Assembly: GCA_903897565.1 (NCBI GenBank)
Contig: CAIUCF010000320.1
Location: 1-33,501 of the forward strand
Source of the DNA: an uncultured Rhodospirillales bacterium
Lineage (GTDB): Bacteria > Pseudomonadota > Alphaproteobacteria > ATCC43930 > CGMCC-115725
Direction: 5' to 3'
DNA: 33,501 nt
This document shows positions 18,249 to 25,132 of this stretch, in pieces (position 1 is the stretch's first letter; every line of letters starts with the position of its first letter). The position numbers were made by a program, and so were the translations under genes. The notes beneath the pieces are model-generated. The model was given only the letters and a program-made list of their open reading frames with translations, did not search any database and was not told where the DNA came from.

Positions 18249-18258
18249 TGAGGACGTC

Positions 18259-18492
18259 ATGACACCCACCGAATTCTACGCCGCGCTCGACGAAATGCTC
18301 GAGCTCGACCCCGGCACCATCACCGGAAACGAACGGCTCGAGGATGTCGAGGCGTGGGATTCGCTGGCCGTGATCAGCTTCATCGCACTCGTCGACGAGA
18401 AGTTCGACATCCTGGTCGAGACAGAGAAGCTCGCGGCCGCCGAATCGGTCGGCGATCTCTACGCACTGGCGACCCGCCAGAAGGCCGCCTGA
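18259..18492 (+). CDS. Acyl carrier protein (dedicated, 77 aa)
   Basis: An acidic small protein with the phosphopantetheine attachment context 'EDVEAWDSLAVISFIALVDEKF' (DSL Ser). RBS GAGGA. Confidence 0.8.
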   Translation: MTPTEFYAALDEMLELDPGTITGNERLEDVEAWDSLAVISFIALVDEKFDILVETEKLAAAESVGDLYALATRQKAA

Positions 18493-18511
18493 ACCGTCGC
18501 AGCGGCCACCC

Positions 18512-19327
18512 GTGAGCACCGTGAACCCGGCACGGGTCAAATATCGCCAGATTGAACTCGCCGGCCAGCGCGTCGGCCTCCTCACCGCAGGTCCGCCCGA
18601 GGCCGTGCCGATGCTGTTGCTGCATGGCTTCTCGGGCGACGCCCTGACCTGGCAGTTCAATGTCGGTGCACTCGCCCGCCATCACCGCGTCACCGCGATC
18701 GACCTTCCCGGCCATGGCCTGACCGAAGCGACCGAGCAGATCGGCTATTGGCGTGGCATGGTGGATTGGGTCGCGGAGATCGTGGCGGCCCTCGAACTCC
18801 CGCCAGCGCACCTCGCCGGGCATTCCCTCGGCGCCCGCATCCTGCTCGGCGGCCTGGAGGAGGAAAAGTTGGCCGGGCTCAGCCTCAGCCTGATCTCCTG
18901 CGCCGGCATCTCGCCGAGCTATGATTACGAATTCCTCGATCGGCTCTCGCGAATCGAGACGATGGCCGACGCCGTCGCCTGCGTCCTGCGCCTGCTCGGC
19001 GATGCCCCCGACCAGCCGGAACGTCTCGCCAAGGGCCTGTTCCAGAAACTGACGACCCCCGCCGCCAAGGCAGCCTTGCGTGCCTATCTCGCCAGCAATT
19101 TTGCCGAAGGCCGGCTTCTGCCGGCCGCGCCGGTGCGCTGGGACGCGCTCGCCTGCCCGTTGCAGATCATCTGGGGAGCCGATGACGGCATCGTACAACT
19201 TCCGCCACCCGATTGGCTCCCGGCCGGAATCGCCGTGCATCTGCTGGATCGCGTCGGACATCTTCCGCACATGACGGCTGCCGATCGCGTCAATGCGCTG
19301 TTGGTCGCCCATGCCGGAGCGACGTGA
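18512..19327 (+). CDS. Alpha/beta-fold hydrolase (possible acyltransferase or thioesterase)
   Basis: 'MLLLHGFSGDALTW', 'AIDLPGHG', the nucleophile elbow 'GHSLGA', and a C-terminal 'DRVGHLPHM' (catalytic His region). Confidence 0.8.
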   Translation: MSTVNPARVKYRQIELAGQRVGLLTAGPPEAVPMLLLHGFSGDALTWQFNVGALARHHRVTAIDLPGHGLTEATEQIGYWRGMVDWVAEIVAALELPPAHLAGHSLGARILLGGLEEEKLAGLSLSLISCAGISPSYDYEFLDRLSRIETMADAVACVLRLLGDAPDQPERLAKGLFQKLTTPAAKAALRAYLASNFAEGRLLPAAPVRWDALACPLQIIWGADDGIVQLPPPDWLPAGIAVHLLDRVGHLPHMTAADRVNALLVAHAGAT

Positions 19328-19905
19328 TGAGCGCGACCAATCTGCGCAGCGGCGTCCTCAGCTACCCCGCGCTCGGCGAAGAGCACGCCGCATTGGTCCT
19401 CGGCTGGCGAACGCGCCCGGATATCACCCAATACCTGCTGACGGATATCGTCCCGGATCTCGACGCCCAGAAGCGCTGGCTGGCGGCTTGCGTCGAGAGA
19501 CCGGATTTCCTCCATCGCCTGATCGCGGTCGACGACGTTCCGGTCGGCTATTGCTCGATCACGACCACGGATGCGAGCGCCGGGATAGGCGCGATCGGGG
19601 TCTATCTTGCCGAAAAGACGTCGCGCAGCGGCATCGCCAGCTTCAATTTCATCCATATCCTCAATCACGCGCTACTGACGCTCGGATTGTTCAAGATCGT
19701 CAACCACATCATGAGCGCCAATGAACGCGTGATCCGCAGCCAGGTCATGAACGGCTACCGTCCGGTCGGGATATTGCGCCAGCACGCTGTCAAACATGGC
19801 GAGCGCCACGATCTCCACGTCTTCGAGCAACTGCGCGAGGATTGGCTGAAGCATCGCGAGAAGTTCCGAGACTATCGCGATCTCGACGGCATCGAACGGC
19901 GCTAG
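19327..19905 (+). CDS. pseH: PseH-like GNAT N-acyltransferase (UDP-4-amino-4,6-dideoxy-AltNAc N-acetyltransferase family)
   Basis: The ATG overlaps the hydrolase stop (GTGATGA). 192 aa. Layout: 'LGEEHAALVLGWRTRPDITQYL', 'KRWLAAC', 'HRLIAVDDVPVGYCSIT..IGAIGVYL', 'IVNHIMSANERVIRSQVMNGYRPVGILRQH...HDLHVFEQLREDW'. This matches the PseH family pattern (TIGR03585) as I remember it. Confidence 0.65.
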   Translation: MSATNLRSGVLSYPALGEEHAALVLGWRTRPDITQYLLTDIVPDLDAQKRWLAACVERPDFLHRLIAVDDVPVGYCSITTTDASAGIGAIGVYLAEKTSRSGIASFNFIHILNHALLTLGLFKIVNHIMSANERVIRSQVMNGYRPVGILRQHAVKHGERHDLHVFEQLREDWLKHREKFRDYRDLDGIERR

Positions 19906-19908
19906 ACC

Positions 19909-20859
19909 ATGGCCGACCTCACGGAAACGCCAGCGCTCGGGCATGAGGCTTACTGGAAGGCCGAGAGTTTCGCCGCGGAGATGGGTGCCGTGTTCGCGCG
20001 GTCATGGCTTTTCGCCGGCCTCACGACCGCGTTTCCACCGGGGACGCATCCGCTGGACCTCGCCGGCATGGCGCTCACGATCGATGCCACGCCTACCGGT
20101 TTCTCGGCACGCTTTGGCGAGGCCGTGTCGGATGTCGATCGATGCGGCCAGCTGCTGTTCGTGCGTCCGGTCTCCGGGGGCCCCGGCCTTGCAGAGTTCC
20201 TCGCACCTTACGCGACGCTCCTGGAGACGATTTCGCAGGCCCTCGTCGAGGTCGACCATGTCGCGCGCATGGTGGCGCCCGTGAACTGGAAGGCCCTGGT
20301 CGAGAACACGCTCGACGATTGCCACGCGGCCACGGTTCACACCAAGAGCCTGCAGCCGGCGATGGATCCGGCCTGGCTGGCGCGCTACCGGCCCGACCGC
20401 CACGGCGCCCACAGCATGATGGGCAATGATCTCGGCGCGGCGGACGCGACGTTCTGGTCGCGTCTCGCCGAACGGCTGCCGCTCGCCCGCCACCATCACG
20501 ACGCCGTCTACAAGCACCTGTTCATCTTTCCGAATCTCTACGTCGCCACGTTTTTCGGGGCGATGGTGATCCTCCACCGGATCGATCCGATCACAGCGGA
20601 ATCGGCGGCGCTCGAATTGCTCACCTGCCTGCCCGTCACCCGCGCCATGAGCAATCGCGAGCGGGCGCTGCACGCGGCGGTGCTGCGCGATCTCGTCGCC
20701 AAGGCTGAGATCGTGGTCGAAGAGGACATGGCGGTCTGCCGCCTCGCCCAGCGCGGCCACCATTTCGCCGTCCACCCCGGCATCCTGGGCACGCGGGAGT
20801 GCCGAGTCGGCGATTTTCAGCGGACCCTGGTCCAGGCCATCGCCGAAGCCGTGGGATAG
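19909..20859 (+). CDS. Rieske-oxygenase alpha-subunit homologue retaining the catalytic (mononuclear Fe) domain but lacking the Rieske cluster ligands
   Basis: The N-terminal helix 'YWKAESFAAEMGAVFARSWLFAG' is present. No CxH...CxxH occurs anywhere, and the segment between 'ALTIDATPTG' and 'CGQLLFVRP' is too short. The catalytic motif 'NWKALVENTLDDCHAATVH' and distal 'EEDMAVCRLAQRG' are present. Confidence 0.75.
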   Translation: MADLTETPALGHEAYWKAESFAAEMGAVFARSWLFAGLTTAFPPGTHPLDLAGMALTIDATPTGFSARFGEAVSDVDRCGQLLFVRPVSGGPGLAEFLAPYATLLETISQALVEVDHVARMVAPVNWKALVENTLDDCHAATVHTKSLQPAMDPAWLARYRPDRHGAHSMMGNDLGAADATFWSRLAERLPLARHHHDAVYKHLFIFPNLYVATFFGAMVILHRIDPITAESAALELLTCLPVTRAMSNRERALHAAVLRDLVAKAEIVVEEDMAVCRLAQRGHHFAVHPGILGTRECRVGDFQRTLVQAIAEAVG

Positions 20860-20866
20860 CGCCGCG

Positions 20867-21502
20867 CTATTCGGGCGACGGCGCGATGAAATCGAACCGC
20901 GCCACCTCAATTCCCCGATTACCCGCGGGGAGCGTGATCTCGACGCTGCTCGCGCGATGATCGCCGTGAATGCAGAGATTGCGGAAGCGGATCTCCGCGA
21001 CGCCCTCCAGCTCCGGCCCGTCACCGGTTCCGAGCAGCCGGTGTCCGAGAGCCGGCGTTACGGCGAGAGCCTCGATGCGGCTCCCCAAGGCTTCGATCAG
21101 TGGCTCCGTACCCGGATCCACCCTCACGAATACCAGGCGGCCGAGGATCTCGACCTCGACCCGACGCAGCGCCAACCGCTTTCGGGCCGTGGCATCGAGC
21201 CCGAAGAGCAGGTCATTGTCGGGAATACCGATTGGTATGCCATGGGCATTGTAGACCCAGCCGTGATAAGGGCAACGCAACGGACCGACGCCGCAGCCGG
21301 CCTCCCGCATCTGGGTACCGCGATGCGAGCACACGTTCCAGTATCCGCCCAGGGCGCCGCGAAAATTCTGCACCGTGATCGAGAGCTCCGGCAGGTCGAC
21401 GGTCACATGCTGGCCGTCGACCGCGAGCCGGTCGCGAATGGTCAGGCAGAACCAACCGGTTCGCCATGATACTGCTGTCAACGGATCACCAATCCTCGCC
21501 AT
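20867..21502 (-). CDS. Stand-alone Rieske [2Fe-2S] domain protein (oxygenase alpha subunit lacking the catalytic domain)
   Basis: 'CSHRGTQM...CPYHGWVY' Rieske ligands, then 'GRLVFVRV'. Only about 90 further residues follow, with no NWK..D..H....H motif. 211 aa. Convergent with the previous gene, with a 7-nt gap. Confidence 0.75.
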   Translation of the reverse strand: MARIGDPLTAVSWRTGWFCLTIRDRLAVDGQHVTVDLPELSITVQNFRGALGGYWNVCSHRGTQMREAGCGVGPLRCPYHGWVYNAHGIPIGIPDNDLLFGLDATARKRLALRRVEVEILGRLVFVRVDPGTEPLIEALGSRIEALAVTPALGHRLLGTGDGPELEGVAEIRFRNLCIHGDHRASSVEITLPAGNRGIEVARFDFIAPSPE

Positions 21503-21565
21503 GATTTATCCGAAAATTAACTCTCGCGCGGGACACTCGACGTCGTTAGATCCTGACTTGCGATC

Positions 21566-23533
21566 TTGACCGCGTTTCTCGTCCCAAAGCCAGGTATCAT
21601 CAAGACTGTGACGACAAGCAACAGCGCCGAAACCTCCGCCACGTTCCTCGCAGCGCGAATTCTGGCCGCGCTCAATGAGGGCGCGCTGGAACAAGCCATC
21701 GGCGATCTTCAGAAGCTGCAGCAGGACGGCAGTGCCCCGGCCCTGACTCTGCATCTGGTCGGGCTCGCGTCGTTGCGCGTCAATGAGGTCGGCAAGGCCG
21801 TCGCAGCGTTCGAGGAGGCCCATCGCCTCGATCCCCAGCTCAACGAACCCGTCGAGGTTCTCGCGATCCTCCACGCCAAGCTCGGCCGTCTAACGGACGG
21901 GCTGTACTACGGCAAGCTCTCGATCGCGGCGCAGAATCGCTTCCCCGTCGCCGGCATGATCCCGGATTGGCTCGGCAAGTTCGAGGAATCCTTCTTCAAC
22001 ATGCAGGATCGCCCGCTGCTGGCCCAGGCCGAGCGGGCAATGGCGTCGGGCCATTATCTGGAAGCGATCCGGTGTTTCCGTCAGGCGGCCGAGATCGACG
22101 GCAATGCCGCGGAGACGTGGCGCGGCCTCGCGACAGCGCATCGCCTCGCCGGGCAACCCTTCGAGAGCGTCGTCGCCCTGCGCAAGATCGAGGCGATTGC
22201 CGCGCCGGAGGCCCGCGACTATGCCGCCCTCGGTGAGGCGCTGCAGATGCTGGGCCGCTGGGACGAAGCGATCGAGTGCCATGAGCACGCCGTAACGCTG
22301 GCGCCCCGGGATGAGCAATTCGGCTGGGCGGCACTGCGCTGCCGGCTGCGGCAACCGGCGACCGAGGAGGCGATCGCCGCGGCCACCCAAATCTGGGCCG
22401 CCGCCAATCGTCGAGAGCCGATCTTCGACGCGCCACCCTGGCCGGACGTCACTGCGCTGGAGCGCCGCCCGGTCCGCCTCGGTATCTATACCGGGAGTTG
22501 GCTCGACCCTGTTGCGCTCGCCCTGGTCGTGCCTCTGCTGCTTGCGCTGCCCCCGGACCGGATCGAGCTTTGTGTCTATTCCGACGGACCGGCAGACACC
22601 GAACTCGCCCGCCGGCTGCGCGGCCACGCCAAGCGATGGGAAAGCCTGACCGATCTCGACGACGAAACCGCCGCCTTCACCCTGGGCAACGAGGAACTCG
22701 ATGTCCTGATCGACCTCGATGGCCCCTTGCGGCGGACATGGCGGCCGCTGCTGTTCCAGTACCGCCCGCATCCGATCGCGTTGAGCCTACTTGACCTGCC
22801 CGTGACGGCCATGGCTGCCGGCTATTCCCACGCCCTGACCGATGCTCCGATCGGCTTGGCGGACCGCCAGCAGGTCGGCATTCCCGGGATCGCGACCAAT
22901 CTTCCAAGCGATCTTTCCCTCCTGATCCAGCCCGTACCTGATCGGGCCCTGACCGAGGGCGGTATCGTTTTCGGCACGCTCGTGCCCTATGGCCGGATTT
23001 CGATGACCGAGACGGTGCTCTGGGCCGATCTGCTGGCACAGGTGCCGGGCTCGACGCTCGCGCTTGAGCCCGATCGTCTCGGAGGCGAGCCGGGGCTCGC
23101 CGAAATTCTCGATCGCTTCAACCGCATCGGACTGGCCGACCGGGTCCGGGTCGAGCCGCGCGACCAGGTCGCGACCGCCTATCTCGAGCGCGTCGATCTC
23201 CTGCTCGACGCCCCCGGATCGCCGCACTACGAAGAGGCCGTGATGGCGATCGCCGCCGGTATGCCGGTCATCACGGTTCCCGGAACGACGCCGGCAACCC
23301 GGGCACTGGGCAATTGGCTCGGGTCGACGCTCGGCCTCGGTGAACTCATCGCCCATGATGGCGAAAGCTATGTCGCGCTGGCGCGCAACGCCGTCTCGAG
23401 CTCGGCAGGGCCTGCCCTGCGGCAACGGCTTCGCGATGCTGTGGACCGCGAGCGCAAGACCGGCGCGCCGACGCGTGCACGACTGTTCGATGCCGCCCTT
23501 CGCGAACTCCTTGCCCGGGTGAGGGCAGAATAA
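21566..23533 (+). CDS. TPR-repeat protein fused to a GT41-like (SPINDLY/O-GlcNAc-transferase family) glycosyltransferase domain
   Basis: The N-terminal ~270 aa are TPR-like helical repeats (e.g. 'GKAVAAFEEAHRLDPQLNEP', 'YLEAIRCFRQAAEIDGNAAETW', 'WDEAIECHEHAVTLAPRD'). The C-terminus follows the COG3914 pattern: 'VRLGIYTGSW', 'LDVLIDLDGPLRRTWRPLLFQYRPHPIAL', 'IVFGTL', 'VDLLLDAPGSPHYEEAVMAIAAGMPVITVPGTTPATRALGNWL..LGLGELIA'. The start is TTG 21566 or GTG 21608. Confidence 0.75.
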   Translation: MTAFLVPKPGIIKTVTTSNSAETSATFLAARILAALNEGALEQAIGDLQKLQQDGSAPALTLHLVGLASLRVNEVGKAVAAFEEAHRLDPQLNEPVEVLAILHAKLGRLTDGLYYGKLSIAAQNRFPVAGMIPDWLGKFEESFFNMQDRPLLAQAERAMASGHYLEAIRCFRQAAEIDGNAAETWRGLATAHRLAGQPFESVVALRKIEAIAAPEARDYAALGEALQMLGRWDEAIECHEHAVTLAPRDEQFGWAALRCRLRQPATEEAIAAATQIWAAANRREPIFDAPPWPDVTALERRPVRLGIYTGSWLDPVALALVVPLLLALPPDRIELCVYSDGPADTELARRLRGHAKRWESLTDLDDETAAFTLGNEELDVLIDLDGPLRRTWRPLLFQYRPHPIALSLLDLPVTAMAAGYSHALTDAPIGLADRQQVGIPGIATNLPSDLSLLIQPVPDRALTEGGIVFGTLVPYGRISMTETVLWADLLAQVPGSTLALEPDRLGGEPGLAEILDRFNRIGLADRVRVEPRDQVATAYLERVDLLLDAPGSPHYEEAVMAIAAGMPVITVPGTTPATRALGNWLGSTLGLGELIAHDGESYVALARNAVSSSAGPALRQRLRDAVDRERKTGAPTRARLFDAALRELLARVRAE

Positions 23534-23539
23534 CGGCGG

Positions 23540-23758
23540 TTAGTTCTCGACGAGCCGGAACAGGCGGGAATCGCTGAGCGCGTCGGCGCCCACTGTCTTA
23601 CTCAGGCTGCCGTCATTGCTGCAGATCAGCCGGACATGGAGGAGGCCGTCGATGGCGACGAACATGTCACGCACCACCCAGGACGGGGACGGTCGGGAGA
23701 AATGCATGCTCAGCGGTGGCTGGTAGGTCTGGCCGAGCGCGATCTCTTGTTTCGCCAT
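23540..23758 (-). CDS. Hypothetical small protein (72 aa)
   Basis: GGGAG lies 9 nt upstream of the ATG at 23758. GC-rich third codon positions throughout. No motif recognised. Confidence 0.55.
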   Translation of the reverse strand: MAKQEIALGQTYQPPLSMHFSRPSPSWVVRDMFVAIDGLLHVRLICSNDGSLSKTVGADALSDSRLFRLVEN

Positions 23759-23815
23759 GGCGGTGTCGCTCCCGATCGGGTCGTCGAAATTAGCGCAGGC
23801 GCAGCAATTGTTCGG

Positions 23816-23843
23816 GGCAGTCGGCGGTCACCCGCCGACTGCC
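23816..23843 (-). terminator. Perfect 12-bp GC-rich stem-loop 12 nt downstream of the FYDLN_acid gene stop (candidate intrinsic terminator without a U-tract)
   Basis: GGCAGTCGGCGG-tcac-CCGCCGACTGCC read directly. No T/U run on either side, so terminator function is not assured. Confidence 0.45.
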
Positions 23844-23854
23844 GGGAACAGGAC

Positions 23855-24229
23855 CTATTCCGGCGGCAGGTTGCCGATGCCGGTGATGTCCTCGGCGTCG
23901 TCGCCGAGTTCGGAGATATCCTCGATGACGTCCTCGCCATCAGCATCCTCGTCAGCGTCGACGGCCTCTTCGTCATCGACCGCTTCGAGCTCCTCGACCT
24001 CGGCATTGGGCTCGCTCTCGACGATGCCGAGCGGTGTCGCCACACCGAAGACGCTCTTGGCGCGACCACCCTGCTTCTTGATGAAGGTATCGCCGCGCGA
24101 CTTCAGTCCGGCCTCGGGGTCGAACGGCACATGGCATTTCGGGCAAACCCGCGGCTCGCGATTGAAATCATAATATCGCGCCTGACAGGCCTGACAGATG
24201 CGTTTGGTGCCGAGGTCGGGATGGGCCAA
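23855..24229 (-). CDS. TIGR02300 'FYDLN_acid' family protein (zinc-ribbon N-terminus, acidic C-terminus)
   Basis: TTG start at 24229 with GAGGAAG upstream. 'LAHPDLGTKRICQACQARYYDFNREPRVCPKCH' (CxxC...CxxC and a YYDFN variant of the FYDLN motif), followed by a long D/E-rich tail. The upstream 62 codons of ORF 23855..24415 are unlikely to be coding. Confidence 0.8.
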   Translation of the reverse strand: MAHPDLGTKRICQACQARYYDFNREPRVCPKCHVPFDPEAGLKSRGDTFIKKQGGRAKSVFGVATPLGIVESEPNAEVEELEAVDDEEAVDADEDADGEDVIEDISELGDDAEDITGIGNLPPE

Positions 24230-24514
24230 TGAAACTTCCTCTATGAAAATCTGAACGAAAGCCGCCGGTCGGTTGCCTTGAACCCGACGGACCTCACGAA
24301 TTTTTCGACCTAAAAGATCGCGTTCTTGCCGCCGGCGGTGCCTCCACCACGGGCGATAGGAGCCCGGCGCATTTCGCTGCGTGCCGGGCAAGAAGAGCAC
24401 GCGCGCGCCGAACATCCGGTGCCGAGCCTCGTATGAGCAGCCACCCTAGCTGAAATTCGTAGCCGGCAGGCAACTAATTCGCCTGCGCCGGGCACGCTTG
24501 CGCCGGGCTCACGG

Positions 24515-25117
24515 CTATTCGGGGGTGAGCCTCAGGCGAACGGTGATGGGGCGATGATCCGAAGTTCCCCGGGCGAGGACATGGACGTCGGCGGCGTCGA
24601 GGCCCCGCACGAAACAGCGATCGAGCCGAACCGGGATCAGCCGGCCGGCGACATGGGTCCAGCGCCGCGGCCCGACATCGCGAAACCCGGGTAGCAGCGA
24701 CGGCCCAACGAGATTACAGTCGCCGAGGATGGCGGCCGATCGCGGCAGCATCCCCGCGATCTGCCGTAATTGCCGGCGGTTGAGCATCTGGCCATGGGAC
24801 AGATGGACGTTGGCGACGCCGAATTGCTTGAACTCAAGGATCTGGCAGACGCGGCGGACGATCAGCCCGCGTTGCAGGATGTGCGCTTCGGGCGGCACGG
24901 CGAAGGCTGTGGGGCTCCAGGCCGCCAGTCCGTGCAGGCGTCCCGGTAGCGGATCGCGTGCGTAGAAGCCGCCCACCTTGGCCGGCAGCCGATCGATCGC
25001 CGCGGTCGTCTCCTGCATCAGCAACAAGTCAGGGCGCTCGTCCAGGATGAGCTGCGCGACCTCGTCGACACCGGCGCCGACACTGTGCAGCAGATTCCAG
25101 CTGATGATTTTTACCAC
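24515..25117 (-). CDS. Endonuclease/exonuclease/phosphatase (EEP) family protein
   Basis: 'IISWNL', 'LLLMQET', 'NVHLSHG', 'GDCNL' and 'TSDHRP' motifs in EEP order. 200 aa. It starts 15 nt after the PLD gene stop. Confidence 0.8.
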   Translation of the reverse strand: MVKIISWNLLHSVGAGVDEVAQLILDERPDLLLMQETTAAIDRLPAKVGGFYARDPLPGRLHGLAAWSPTAFAVPPEAHILQRGLIVRRVCQILEFKQFGVANVHLSHGQMLNRRQLRQIAGMLPRSAAILGDCNLVGPSLLPGFRDVGPRRWTHVAGRLIPVRLDRCFVRGLDAADVHVLARGTSDHRPITVRLRLTPE

Positions 25118-25132
25118 GGCAAGAACATGGCC

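Noticed and set aside
23636-24232. 198-aa plus-strand ORF.
   Set aside because: It is antisense to the small ORF and the FYDLN_acid gene. The FYDLN_acid gene has a clear family motif and an RBS.
24230-24514. 285-bp intergenic region inspected for a tRNA or sRNA. Short hairpins occur, e.g. GCCCGGC...GCCGGGC around 24361-24388 and GCAGGC-aactaattc-GCCTGC around 24466-24486.
   Set aside because: I could build no cloverleaf or conserved RNA motif. The hairpins are short, lack U-tracts and are compatible with ordinary promoter or weak terminator sequence. There is not enough evidence to call a feature.
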